This document shows, piece by piece, positions 54,879 through 64,000 of a stretch of 64,000 nt of DNA (position 1 is the stretch's first letter; the number at the start of each line of letters is the position of its first letter). The stretch comes from Candidatus Moraniibacteriota bacterium. GTDB lineage: Bacteria > Patescibacteriota > Minisyncoccia > Moranbacterales > JAPLXC01. The position numbers were made by a program, and so were the translations under genes. The notes under the pieces were generated by a model. The model had not been told where the DNA came from. It ran no database searches and saw only the letters and a list, made by a program, of their open reading frames with translations. The stretch is taken from positions 74,922-138,921 of the forward strand of contig JAPLXC010000002.1 in the NCBI GenBank assembly GCA_026396275.1, given 5' to 3'.

Positions 54879-55322
54879 ATGAGAAAAATAGTAGGAATAT
54901 TTATCGCTATTATGCTGTTACTAACAGCAAACTGTTTACAGGCAGGATCAGGAGATAATCTGGAGAAAAAAATCGAAAGAAAAATTATAAAGCAGATAAT
55001 TTCATTTGTGGACGAAAGACCCATTGAAATTGTATGGGCAGACAAACTTAAAATCATAAGAAAAGAATCGCAACCTTACTGGACTGGCAGAATAATTCAT
55101 TTCCGTGCTGGCTACCTTCCTGCGGAGATAAAGTTAAAAAAAGGAAAGAAAATCAGAAAAGCTGATATTATGTTTATGGCTGGATACGGGGAAGAGGATG
55201 GGAAAATAGTTTCAGAAGCGTGTGAGATTTTAAACATCGCTTATCAAGACAGTCCAAATTACGAGTCAGAAAAGAAAAAATTCATGGGACTGGTAAAAGC
55301 TACCAAGCCATTCGAACGCTAA
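54879..55322 (+). CDS. hypothetical secreted protein
   Basis: Signal peptide MRKIVGIFIAIMLLLTANCLQA. RBS AAGGAGGG. The start was moved from the track's 54768 to ATG 54879. Confidence 0.35.
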   Translation: MRKIVGIFIAIMLLLTANCLQAGSGDNLEKKIERKIIKQIISFVDERPIEIVWADKLKIIRKESQPYWTGRIIHFRAGYLPAEIKLKKGKKIRKADIMFMAGYGEEDGKIVSEACEILNIAYQDSPNYESEKKKFMGLVKATKPFER

Positions 55323-55332
55323 TATCTTTTTG

Positions 55333-55380
55333 CCCGCGGATTTGATAGATAAAAACAGTCCGCGGGTTTCTTATTTTTTA
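55333..55380 (+). terminator. Rho-independent terminator
   Basis: cccgcgga-(18 nt)-tccgcggg followed by TTTCTTATTTTTT. Confidence 0.6.
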
Positions 55381-55490
55381 ATTAGTTTTGCATTTAGTAA
55401 GTTATTGCTTACTTAATTATCCACAGCTTCCCCTTTTTTGTTTTTCTGGTATAATTAAAGGCAAAAGGAATCACTCTTTTTGCTTTTATT

Positions 55491-57476
55491 GTGCAGAAGA
55501 AAATAAAAAATAAAAGTGGTATTTTTTACAAAAGGCAACTTTTTAAAATGTTAGCTTTTTTGGCGTTTGCCTTTTTTTTGCTAAATCTTCGTCTTAGTTT
55601 AGAAATGGATTTTTCCGGCAAAAACGAGGGATACTTATATACAGTATCTTTTACAAAAACTTTAGGCCAGGGACTTTCTGGTCCCCTTGTAGTAGATCCA
55701 AATTCTGAACTATGGAAAGGCGATAACTGGAAAAAGTGGGAAAATGTTAACAAGGATCTACAGAAGAAATTAAAATCATACGAAGCACCCTGTGGACCTA
55801 CCGACATCGGCTGTTGGTTTAAACAGTTGCTTTACTCGGTATTTCGCGTTGTAGCTTTGTTTTTGGGAATTGCTGGTGTCTTGTTTGGTTGGGTAATAAA
55901 GCCGGATAACGTTTATCTTGTTCTTAGAGATAATGAAGCGATTTATGCTGGCTGGAAAGCAGTTCGTGACTTTTTAAATTTAACTTTCATTTTAGTTTTG
56001 CTTTTCAGTGCTTTTTGTACCATATTTCAAGTTGAAAAATATAATCTCAAAAAAATACTTCTCACTCTAGTAATAATGGCACTACTGGTTAATTTTAGTT
56101 TTCCTATCGCTCGCTTTATCATTGATGTTTCTAATGTCACTTTTTACTTTATCATTAACAATGCATTCAGTGGTGGCAACGGTGAAGGAATTTTCACTTC
56201 TTTTGCTAATTACTCCGAGCTTGTTGGCATTCTTACAGCTAAACAGGCAGGGCAAGCCGACTTTTGGTATCTCATTATGATAATTATCTTTACCTTTATT
56301 TTAATGATCACACTTTTTGTTATTGCTATTCTTTTTATAATTCGATTAGCAGTTCTCGCCATCCTCATTATTCTTTCTCCCGTTGGCTTTGTAGCTGCGA
56401 TCTTCCCCTCAACCAAACACTATGCTGATGAATGGTGGGAATCACTTTTTAAATACTCTTTTTTCGCCCCTATAATGGGCTTTGCAATGTATCTTTCCCT
56501 GAGAGTTTTAGAGGCAATGAAACAAAAAGGTATAGATATTAGTTTTCTTAAAGAGGCACAAAAAAATGTTAGTGGAGATATTGATCCCAATATGTTTGGC
56601 AAAATGGCATTCTTTGCTATCCCCGTTATAATGCTCTGGGTAGGCATAATTGCCTCTACAAAATTGGCCGGCGGAGCTGGAAACTGGGTGGCTGGGCAAG
56701 CTAAAAAATTCGCCGGGTGGGCGAGAAGACAACCCTGGCGAGGAACAAAGGCGCTGGTAGGTGCAACAGGAATTCCGGGAGGGGCCAAACAAGCATGGAG
56801 TCAATTCAGGAGAACGGGAAAATTATTTGGCAAACAAACGCCTATATACCGCGGTTCTGAAAGCAGAGCCGAGTCGGAAGCCAAATGGGCGACCCGTTTT
56901 GGTGTTAGGGGGGCGAGGGAACAAGATATTAAAAGAAGAGCGGAGGAAATGAAAAAGAATAATGTAAGTGTTACGGAGCGAAAAGATTTGGCGGCAAGGG
57001 GAAATGCAGCAGCTGTTTATAGCTTGGCTGATGATAAATTGATAGATCAAGAAACTTACGATAAGTTTTTGGCAGCGAATAAGGATAAAGATATTCATGA
57101 AACCCTTGACTTTAAGTTGAAGCAAACTAGGACAGACCTTATTGCAATTAGAAAATCTGGGGACCAAGAGGAGATACAGAAAGTTCAGAATGCCAATCCA
57201 AACTGGAATATCAATCAGGTTATGGATCACATTGTCCGCCAGGAGATGGGCAAAATGAACGCTGAAAAATGGTCCGATCAAGATTGGGATAAAATACTTG
57301 CTCCTCCTCCCCAAGGTGCTACTCCTACACAGGTTCAGGACTGGCAAAGAAAAATTGCGGCAACCCAATGGACATTTTCTCCTCAAAATATGACTGCATC
57401 AGCACAAAGCGAAATTAGAAAACGGATAAATCCAAATAAAAAAGCCGCGCTTAATGCGCAAAACATACCAGTCTAA
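55491..57476 (+). CDS. VirB6/TrbL-like polytopic membrane protein with a long soluble C-terminal extension (T4SS-like system)
   Basis: 661 aa, about 8 TM helices in the first 400 aa, then a hydrophilic C-terminal domain. Sits in the same locus as the four pilin paralogs. Confidence 0.4.
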   Translation: MQKKIKNKSGIFYKRQLFKMLAFLAFAFFLLNLRLSLEMDFSGKNEGYLYTVSFTKTLGQGLSGPLVVDPNSELWKGDNWKKWENVNKDLQKKLKSYEAPCGPTDIGCWFKQLLYSVFRVVALFLGIAGVLFGWVIKPDNVYLVLRDNEAIYAGWKAVRDFLNLTFILVLLFSAFCTIFQVEKYNLKKILLTLVIMALLVNFSFPIARFIIDVSNVTFYFIINNAFSGGNGEGIFTSFANYSELVGILTAKQAGQADFWYLIMIIIFTFILMITLFVIAILFIIRLAVLAILIILSPVGFVAAIFPSTKHYADEWWESLFKYSFFAPIMGFAMYLSLRVLEAMKQKGIDISFLKEAQKNVSGDIDPNMFGKMAFFAIPVIMLWVGIIASTKLAGGAGNWVAGQAKKFAGWARRQPWRGTKALVGATGIPGGAKQAWSQFRRTGKLFGKQTPIYRGSESRAESEAKWATRFGVRGAREQDIKRRAEEMKKNNVSVTERKDLAARGNAAAVYSLADDKLIDQETYDKFLAANKDKDIHETLDFKLKQTRTDLIAIRKSGDQEEIQKVQNANPNWNINQVMDHIVRQEMGKMNAEKWSDQDWDKILAPPPQGATPTQVQDWQRKIAATQWTFSPQNMTASAQSEIRKRINPNKKAALNAQNIPV

Positions 57477-57487
57477 ATTCAAATTAC

Positions 57488-58513
57488 ATGAAGATACCTT
57501 TTATTAAACTTAATAGGGAAATACAAATGGAGTTTTGTACAATTCCAAGTGTTGTTTCTTCAACAAAAAATCCTGACGATGAGACAAGAGAAAATATAAT
57601 AAAGAGACATGAGAAATTTCTAAAACTACCTGAAGAAATAAAAGACAAACTTGTTTTCCAAGAAACCGGTAAAAGAATTCAAGAAATTGGACAAGCATCT
57701 AGTTTGCAATTGTTGCAACTGGCTGACATCGCCCGGGCGGTGAGGAATTATTATTTCGGTGAGCTGAAACTGGAAGACATGCCGGCGGTTTTAGCGAGGG
57801 AAATTGGGATTGATTTAAATAAAGCTCGGGAAATTGCCAATCAAGTTGTTCAGAAAATAATCAGGGATAAGTCATATATTAAAACCGCTGAGACGATTTC
57901 TCTTCCTCTCTCCCAAGCGCTCCAGAAATATCCCGCCTTGGGTGAGCAGTTGATTACGGTAAATCCCATTCGGCTCAAAATCCTTCCCACTCCCGTCCGC
58001 CCTTCGGCAAAAAACTGGATTACCGATTACCACGAAAAACTGGGCGTAGGAAAGCACGAGGTAATGGAGCGGGGAAATTATCTTTACCATAGCGAAAACA
58101 CCAAGCGCCTGACGCCGGGAGAAAGGCAGAAACTGGCAGTGATCTTGAAGTCGCTGGATGAAAATGAGCCGATTGCGGTGGACGCGGAGAAGCAGGAAAT
58201 TGTGTTCCCTCACCCCGAGACCCTCTCCCAAAGGGAGAGGGGGCAAGTTAACAAAGCTAATTCAGCTAATAAAGTTGGCTATCGTTTCTCCTCGCCCCAG
58301 AGGTTCGCGGTTGAGAAACAAGAACCAGCGCCGCCTCCCCAACGGCCTACGTCTCCTCCTGCGCCGCCAGAGGTACCACCAGCTTTTCACAAGCCGCCGC
58401 GGCATGAGCACCAGCCTTATCATATTTATCCTTTGGGATATCCAGAACCGCCCAGACCGCCCGAGAAGACAGAGCCGAAAATTGATGGAAACACAGTAGA
58501 TCTAAGAAATTAA
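57488..58513 (+). CDS. hypothetical protein with a Pro-rich C-terminus (T4SS-associated by position)
   Basis: 341 aa. C-terminal PAPPPQRPTSPPAPPEVPPAFHKPP.... Contains the GC-rich hairpin ccctctccc-aaa-gggagaggg in frame. Confidence 0.3.
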   Translation: MKIPFIKLNREIQMEFCTIPSVVSSTKNPDDETRENIIKRHEKFLKLPEEIKDKLVFQETGKRIQEIGQASSLQLLQLADIARAVRNYYFGELKLEDMPAVLAREIGIDLNKAREIANQVVQKIIRDKSYIKTAETISLPLSQALQKYPALGEQLITVNPIRLKILPTPVRPSAKNWITDYHEKLGVGKHEVMERGNYLYHSENTKRLTPGERQKLAVILKSLDENEPIAVDAEKQEIVFPHPETLSQRERGQVNKANSANKVGYRFSSPQRFAVEKQEPAPPPQRPTSPPAPPEVPPAFHKPPRHEHQPYHIYPLGYPEPPRPPEKTEPKIDGNTVDLRN

Positions 58514-58566
58514 CCTAATTTCTAGTTTTTAATTTTAAAAATCCAAATTGTTTCAAAATCCAAATT

Positions 58567-58950
58567 ATGCCAAATCAAATCCAAAACCCAAAGGCAAAAA
58601 AGAGTTATGACTTGGAAGAGAGAACGGCAAAATTTGGAGAAAACGTGATTGGATTTGTCCGCACCCTGCCAAAAGATCCGGTAAATGTTCCCTTGATAAA
58701 CCAGGCAGTTAGATCAGCTACAAGCATTGGAGCTAATTATATGGAAGCAGATGGCGCGGAATCAGGGAAAGATTTTAGACATAAAATCGCGATTTGTAAG
58801 AAAGAAGCCAAAGAATCAATGCACTGGCTAAGAATGATTGCCAAAGCCAATGCCGGAAAAAAAGACGAGTGCAGAAAACTTTGGAAGGAAGCTCATGAAT
58901 TAGCCCTCATCTTTTCAGCTATTTTACGGACAGCTGGTAAGAAAAAGTGA
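58567..58950 (+). CDS. four-helix-bundle protein (23S rRNA IVS-encoded protein family)
   Basis: SIGANYMEADGAESGKDFRHKIAICKKEAKESMHWLRMIA, the signature of the TIGR02436-like family. Confidence 0.65.
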   Translation: MPNQIQNPKAKKSYDLEERTAKFGENVIGFVRTLPKDPVNVPLINQAVRSATSIGANYMEADGAESGKDFRHKIAICKKEAKESMHWLRMIAKANAGKKDECRKLWKEAHELALIFSAILRTAGKKK

Positions 58951-59015
58951 TTTTAATATTTGAGCATTTGAAATTGATTTGGAACAATTTGAACTTTGGT
59001 ATTTGGATTTACAAG

Positions 59016-59342
59016 ATGCTTAATAATCTAGTTAAAATTAGTGTTTGGAAACGTGATTTCTGCTTCATAATTCCATTTGTAGCTGTTGCTAATGCTGGTG
59101 TAATCACCGACGCTCCCACGGTGGCGGAAGTCCTTTACAAAGCCCTCCAGTTTCTTTTGTCGGTTTTCGGATTTCTTGCTATAATAGGACTGGTAATTTC
59201 CGGAGTTCTTTACCTTACCGCGGCGGGCGATCAAAGAAGAATTGAAAAAGCTAAGAAAGCGTTTTATTATTCAATTGTAGGAATTGTAATAGCGCTGGGA
59301 GGATGGGTAACTATTAAAACGGTTATTTCATTAACGGGTTAA
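59016..59342 (+). CDS. T4SS-type pilin (TrbC/VirB2-like) paralog 1
   Basis: Hydrophobic LYLTAAGDQRRIEKAKKAFYYSIVGIVIAL core. The start is uncertain (track start 58947). Confidence 0.55.
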   Translation: MLNNLVKISVWKRDFCFIIPFVAVANAGVITDAPTVAEVLYKALQFLLSVFGFLAIIGLVISGVLYLTAAGDQRRIEKAKKAFYYSIVGIVIALGGWVTIKTVISLTG

Positions 59343-59422
59343 TGAGTTAAGTTTTTTCAGCCCGTTGGCTCGTGAACTCGTTAACTGAAAAATAAATAAT
59401 AAAGATAGAAAGGCGGTGAGTT

Positions 59423-59782
59423 ATGAAAACAAAAATCAAAAGAATCGGCTATAGCATAGCGTCGGCTGCGGTTTTAGCGGCTCCGCTGGTGGTGCTGGCT
59501 CAATTTGACCGTCCAGGCGGAACCAACCTTCCCGAGGGAAGAATGTTTGATATTGTCACCAACGCGATGATGTGGCTCTTAGCAATCGTCGGAATCATCG
59601 GCGTTATCGGTTTTGCCATTGCTGGAATTTTGTACCTCACGGCGGCGGGGGACGAGACCCGAATTGAAAAAGCCAAGTCGGCAATGCTGATGTCAATCAT
59701 TGGAGTAGTAGTAGCGCTGGTAGGACTGGTGATTATGCGGGCGGTACAGACCTGGCTGGGAGGAAGCGCGAGCCGGTTTTAA
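59423..59782 (+). CDS. T4SS-type pilin (TrbC/VirB2-like) paralog 2
   Basis: Signal peptide ...VVLAQFD. Core ILYLTAAGDETRIEKAKSAMLMSIIGVVVAL. Confidence 0.6.
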   Translation: MKTKIKRIGYSIASAAVLAAPLVVLAQFDRPGGTNLPEGRMFDIVTNAMMWLLAIVGIIGVIGFAIAGILYLTAAGDETRIEKAKSAMLMSIIGVVVALVGLVIMRAVQTWLGGSASRF

Positions 59783-59960
59783 GCTGCTGCGCAAGAAGCA
59801 AGTGCCAATTTACGAATATTTTTTAAATTTTGGAAATTAACGGATTAAAGGATTAACGAATTATCTCAATTCGTTAATTCGTTGACTTGTTAATAAATAA
59901 TAAAGTTTCAACCTCTTTCAATTCCGCTTCGGCGGGGAAGAGGCCAAATCTTTTGGAAAT

Positions 59961-60320
59961 ATGAGAAAAATAAAAAAACAAATCTTAATTTCCTTTTCAG
60001 CCCTGCTGTCTCTTGCTCCTCTGGCAGCTATCGCCCAGTGGGATCCAGCCAATTACAGCACTACCAATCTCCCGGCCGGAAGGGTCTATGATATTATCTT
60101 CAATATCCTGTTTTGGCTCTTGGCGATTTTTGGAGCCGTCGGCATTATCGGTTTTGTGATTTCCGGAATACTTTATTTAACAGCTGCGGGAAATGAAGAG
60201 CAGATCACTAAAGCCAAGTCGGCAATGAAATGGTCGCTGGTGGGAGTGGTAGTGGGGCTGGCGGGATTGGTTATTCTTCGGGCGGCAACTACCGCTCTTG
60301 GAGGATTTTTCTATTTTTAG
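59961..60320 (+). CDS. T4SS-type pilin (TrbC/VirB2-like) paralog 3
   Basis: Signal peptide ...LAAIAQWD. Core ILYLTAAGNEEQITKAKSAMKWSLVGVVVGL. Confidence 0.6.
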   Translation: MRKIKKQILISFSALLSLAPLAAIAQWDPANYSTTNLPAGRVYDIIFNILFWLLAIFGAVGIIGFVISGILYLTAAGNEEQITKAKSAMKWSLVGVVVGLAGLVILRAATTALGGFFYF

Positions 60321-60335
60321 AATTATTTTGAAGAA

Positions 60336-60818
60336 ATGAAAAAAACCAAAATACTTATTTTACTAGCTTTAGGAGTTATTCTGCTTTTAAGTGCGAGTGT
60401 TTCTAACGGTCAACAGTGTCCTGAGGGCTACACGTGGGACCCGGAAGGGCAGCAGTGTATACTGACTGGTAGCCCCGGACCAGGTCCAGGACCTTCGCCA
60501 ACTGGAACTTGTCCTAATGGTTTTGAAAAAAAAGCGGGCGTGTGTTTCCCAACCAACACCGGGCTTTCCGATACACCGGTAGCAGATATTATCGAGAATT
60601 TCCTGATGTGGCTCTTGGGAATCTTTGGATTTATCGCCATCATTGCTTTCATAATTTCCGGTATCCAATATCTTACTTCAGCTGGTGAAGAGAAAGCGAT
60701 TGAAACCGCCAAGCGCAATATGAAATGGTCAATCGTCGGAGTGATTATAGCGCTGGCGGGATTTGTTATTATTTTGGCAGTTGATGCGGCCTTAAAAGCA
60801 TCATCGACATATTTTTAG
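60336..60818 (+). CDS. T4SS-type pilin paralog 4 with an extra Cys-rich N-terminal module
   Basis: Signal peptide; CPEGYTWDPEGQQC...GPGPGP...CPNGFEKKAGVC; then core IQYLTSAGEEKAIETAKRNMKWSIVGVIIAL. Confidence 0.6.
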   Translation: MKKTKILILLALGVILLLSASVSNGQQCPEGYTWDPEGQQCILTGSPGPGPGPSPTGTCPNGFEKKAGVCFPTNTGLSDTPVADIIENFLMWLLGIFGFIAIIAFIISGIQYLTSAGEEKAIETAKRNMKWSIVGVIIALAGFVIILAVDAALKASSTYF

Positions 60819-60842
60819 TTACTTTTAATAAACAAAAACAAA

Positions 60843-60881
60843 GAGAGGCACAGTTTGTTAGCTGTGCCTCTTGATTTTTTA
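60843..60881. terminator. bidirectional Rho-independent terminator between the pilin operon and the convergent minus-strand genes
   Basis: agaggcacag-tttgttag-ctgtgcctct followed by TTGATTTTTT. Confidence 0.6.
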
Positions 60882-61538
60882 AGCGATTTTTTTGATTTTC
60901 ACGAAAAATCCTCCCCGGTTTTTCGTGAAATTGTCCGGATTGTCTTGAGTATTGTTGATACTTAAGTACAAATCCGTTTTTTCCGTTATGGTAATTGACT
61001 CCCTCCAGCCGATGGGAATTATTTTGCCATTAACTTTGGCAATTAGATATCCCACCAGCTTGTCAGTAGCAGGAAAAGTATACTGGAGCGGAGAGATCCA
61101 GGGATTTCCCATGGCGTCTCTTGCACCATGGGGCTTAATTTTCCAAGGGTAAGTTCTACCACCATTGGAAAATATTTGCTCATATTCCCCGCTGGCATCC
61201 AGTTCATATTGTCCTACTTCCAGCTCCAGTTTTTTCTGCCACCCTTTGTCTGTGTGGCTCCACTGGCTCGGAGAAAAAATTATTGTTTTTTCCCAAGTTC
61301 TTATAACTGGCGGAGGCGGAGTGACGGGAGCAGGAGCAAAAGCCGGAGCAGAAGCAACTGGTGCTGGAGTTTGTAAATTTGTTTGTTTCACTTCGGCGGG
61401 CGGCTTTGGCCATGACCACAAGGTTCTTATACCTGGAGAGAAGTGGAAATAGAAAGCGAGAAATATTGTGATTAAACTGACTAGTAGAATAACCACAGCT
61501 TTAACATTTCCACTATTGCCGTTTAAGATTCTGTTCAT
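60879..61538 (-). CDS. hypothetical membrane-anchored secreted protein with a Pro/Ala-rich linker
   Basis: N-terminal TM. PAPVASAPAFAPAPVTPPPPV linker. C-terminal beta-rich domain. Confidence 0.3.
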   Translation of the reverse strand: MNRILNGNSGNVKAVVILLVSLITIFLAFYFHFSPGIRTLWSWPKPPAEVKQTNLQTPAPVASAPAFAPAPVTPPPPVIRTWEKTIIFSPSQWSHTDKGWQKKLELEVGQYELDASGEYEQIFSNGGRTYPWKIKPHGARDAMGNPWISPLQYTFPATDKLVGYLIAKVNGKIIPIGWRESITITEKTDLYLSINNTQDNPDNFTKNRGGFFVKIKKIA

Positions 61539-61544
61539 TTTCTA

Positions 61545-63074
61545 TCACCTCCTGCTCCGAGATCTGGCTCTAGGCTTGGCTTTAGGCTTAAAGAGCTTTT
61601 CAAGAGCAGAGGACAGCACTTCATTCAAGCCGGGAATGTTGTATATTTTTTCCTCTTTGCTGGGGGTCATTTTTCCCCTCGTTGCCAGTATGTAATCAGC
61701 AAATTCTTTGTCGGCAAGATACGGCAGTTGTTCTTTTAAGAGTTGGAGGACTTTCTTGGTTGTCGCGTATTCGGTTACAATTGCTTCCTGTTTATATTTC
61801 ATGGTAACCTTCGCATCGCGAGCTACTTTCGCCTTTTCGTCAAGCGTCGGGTTATACAGCCGGGACCCGATGATATTTATGTGGAAATCTTTTTCCAGCC
61901 CAGTTCTTTCTCTTCCGGTTTCTTTTTTGTCTCCAACTTCAACCGGCACCTTTTTAACTTCAGAACAAGCTTTCTCTAGGTTATTAAGGTTGCCTTTTAT
62001 CACTTCAATCCATTCCTTACTTTTGGAACTTTTTTCCAGCGGAAGGTCAGCAAATGAAAGCCTTAATTCATTGATATCTTTTGAAATTTGTTTTGCAGTG
62101 GCGGTGCCCGGAGAGCTTAATATTTCCTGCGACCTGATAATCAACTCTTGAATGAGTTCTGCTGCCAAATTCAACCGCCTATTCTGGGATTCAACCAACT
62201 TGTCCCTTTCTTTTTCGGAATCAATCTTTGTGCGCTTGATTAATTCTTTCTCACTCTTTTCCTTGTTCTCAGTGGCTGTTTCAAGACGCTTGATCAATTC
62301 CTCAAGTATTTGTTTTTTCCCCTCGAGGTCGGCGATTTTGCGGCGGTTTATTCCAAGTCTCCCGAGGAGTATTTCGGTGCGTGAACCCGTAAGTTCCGTC
62401 CGCAGTTGCTCGCTCAAAGATCTTTGCTCGGTGATTACTTCGTCAGTAGTTCTGTCTCCAGTTTCGGACTGGAATAACTCCTGAACCCCGGATGCTAAAG
62501 CATTTTTTAATTCCACTTCCACTATGAGGAAGTCTTTCAATTCAGGCGGGTATATTGTGTAGAAAACGGTGTTCGTGAGCGTAATGCTTCCATCCATAGT
62601 CAGATAATCCTCTGTAACATCAAAACGCTTGACTTCTATAGATTTGGTGCTTATCTTGTCCGTGGGAAGGGTGATAATTATTCCTTCCGTTCCAACCTCA
62701 TCCGTCCTCCCGGTAAATTTGTCAATCAGCAGGCTGACCTCAAGAGGATTAACCCAGCGGATAATTCTTTTCCCCAAAAGTTCATAGAGAGCGTAAATCA
62801 GTCCGCAAAAAGCGATGAAAAGAAAAATTTTACCCCACCAGCCTAATACCAACATTCCCATAGTGAACACGGCTGCTAAAAATATGAATAAGGCTGTCAC
62901 TGTCCAGCGGAAAATTTTCCACTCGAGCTTTCTAATTCCCCTTACATCCTCTTTTGCCCTTAAGTTTAGGATTTTTTGGAATATGTTATCCCCTTTTTCT
63001 TTTTTTGAAACCCTGACCAATAAAATCTTTTTAAGAAAAGTACCGAATTTAGTAAAGTGCCTTAAAATGTTCAT
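61545..63074 (-). CDS. SPFH (band-7/flotillin-like) domain membrane protein with a long coiled-coil tail
   Basis: N-terminal TM, SPFH-like core (...KRFDVTEDYLTMDGSITLTNTVFYTIY...), and about 250 aa of coiled-coil. Confidence 0.45.
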   Translation of the reverse strand: MNILRHFTKFGTFLKKILLVRVSKKEKGDNIFQKILNLRAKEDVRGIRKLEWKIFRWTVTALFIFLAAVFTMGMLVLGWWGKIFLFIAFCGLIYALYELLGKRIIRWVNPLEVSLLIDKFTGRTDEVGTEGIIITLPTDKISTKSIEVKRFDVTEDYLTMDGSITLTNTVFYTIYPPELKDFLIVEVELKNALASGVQELFQSETGDRTTDEVITEQRSLSEQLRTELTGSRTEILLGRLGINRRKIADLEGKKQILEELIKRLETATENKEKSEKELIKRTKIDSEKERDKLVESQNRRLNLAAELIQELIIRSQEILSSPGTATAKQISKDINELRLSFADLPLEKSSKSKEWIEVIKGNLNNLEKACSEVKKVPVEVGDKKETGRERTGLEKDFHINIIGSRLYNPTLDEKAKVARDAKVTMKYKQEAIVTEYATTKKVLQLLKEQLPYLADKEFADYILATRGKMTPSKEEKIYNIPGLNEVLSSALEKLFKPKAKPRARSRSRR

Positions 63075-63313
63075 TTCTCCTTCTCCTTTCTTTCCTATCT
63101 TTTCTAAATTTTTATTTAATTTTTAAGGACCAAGAGCCCTTGTTTTTTACTTCAGACCCATTATCTGGTGTCCGAATGGCCTTTTAGTAGAGGCCGAATC
63201 GTTATCCACGATAACGCCTTATCCTAGTATAAAAGCAAAGAAAAGTCAAATGTTAAATTGTTAGGCGGCTATGCCATTAAATTGTTACATTGTCACATCA
63301 TTAAACTGTGAAG

Positions 63314-63342
63314 TTGACAAGTATGAATAGTGTTGCTAATAT
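63314..63342 (+). promoter_or_regulatory. sigma70-like promoter upstream of nusA
   Basis: TTGACA, 17-nt spacer, TAATAT. Confidence 0.45.
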
Positions 63343-63492
63343 GGCATTGTAATGATGTATTACGGAAGGTTCGCGGAAAGCGAATCTTCTTTGTTAAAAA
63401 GCTACTAATTACGAATTATGTACTAATATACTAATAACTAATTGATAATTCGTGTATTTGTACGTGATTAGTATTTAGTAGACAAAATAATT

Positions 63493-64000
63493 ATGGCAAG
63501 ATCAAAAAAGCTTAGTGATACACAAAGCCCAAGTGGGAAACTTGGCGAATTTGGCAGTGCAATTTTGCAGATTGCCGAAGAAAAAGGAATCTCCAAGGAC
63601 AAAGTAATTGAGACAATTGAAGCAGCCCTGTCCGCTGCCTATAAAAAGGACTACGGAAAAAGGGGCCAGCACATCCGGGCGGAATTCAACGAGGTTAGTG
63701 GCGAGGCAAAATTTTATTTAATCAAAGAAGTGGTGGATGAAACAACGCGCGAATTCCCCTCTCCTGAGGCAGCAGAAGAAAAAACAGAATCGGCCGCAGT
63801 CACTAAAAAAGCGGAAACGGAAAAGAAAACTGGAAAAAAGAAGGTGAGAAAAAAGAAAAGGCAGGTAAGAAAAAAACTGTTTCCACTGAAACTACTGCCG
63901 AAGAATCTGCCTCACCGGCCGGCGAGGAAAAAATCCCCCGTTATAATCCGGAAAGAGACATCCTTCTTGAAGAAGCGAAAAAACTAAACAAAAAAGCTAA
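63493..64000 (+). CDS. nusA: transcription termination/antitermination factor NusA (5' part; runs off the window, probably in a different frame after ~63835)
   Basis: NusA N-domain IAEEKGISKDKVIETIEAALSAAYKK...IRAEFNEVSGEAKFYL. After a Lys/Glu-rich insert, the NusA-like continuation (IPRYNPERDILLEEAKKLNKKA...) is in frame 3, so the track's stop at 63987 is probably an artefact of a frameshift in an A-run. Confidence 0.6.

Overview
This is an AT-rich (~40% GC), gene-dense bacterial window. It reads as Candidate Phyla Radiation (Patescibacteria)-like: an ORF6N gene, a four-helix-bundle IVS-type protein, many small secreted proteins, and a T4SS-like gene set with many TrbC/VirB2-type pilins. That lineage assignment is inference only.

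Annotated content:
- Housekeeping genes: nitronate monooxygenase/FabK-like, cca, speH, rluD-like, rplS, family-4 UDG, nfo, nrnA, rbfA, infB, ksgA, pcrA/uvrD, comM/yifB, xerC/D-like, and a partial nusA.
- About 14 intact tRNA genes in three clusters (3.2-5.6 kb, 7.7-12.6 kb, and 19.1-19.8 kb on the minus strand).
- A 12.4-kb gene (36742..49200) encoding a 4152-aa surface protein with LamG-like domains, a PbH1 beta-helix, ~420-bp near-identical tandem DNA repeats, and four C-terminal SH3b domains. A small HTH regulator gene sits directly upstream.
- Two loci of a T4SS-like/pilus system. The first has a tandem-domain pilin, a VirB3-like protein, a VirB4 split into two ORFs, and comM. The second has a VirB6-like protein and four pilin paralogs.
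- Cell-wall enzymes: LysM-CHAP, RlpA/G5, 3D-domain, and beta-lactamase-like proteins.

Most unusual observations:
1. Three cases where a complete tRNA gene, flanked by a CCCCGCACC...GGTGCGGGG inverted repeat, sits inside a second tRNA-like gene of the same type whose 5' and 3' halves have matching acceptor stems (Val inside X, Gly-CCC inside Gly-CCC-like, Ser-CGA inside Ser-CGA-like).
2. Several families of short palindromic elements inserted in-frame into protein-coding genes, in the manner of Rickettsia RPEs:
   - a TGTCATYC...GRATGACA MITE family in an O-antigen-ligase-like gene, at the UDG start and in xerC/D;
   - GTTCCACGTGGAAC palindromes, five in one ORF, with a nested GC-rich hairpin insert that shares ends with a 69-bp insert in cca;
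   - AT-rich AAAATCAAA-type low-complexity inserts in ksgA, rluD, pcrA and nfo.

No CRISPR array, no rRNA, and no transposase/IS element were seen.
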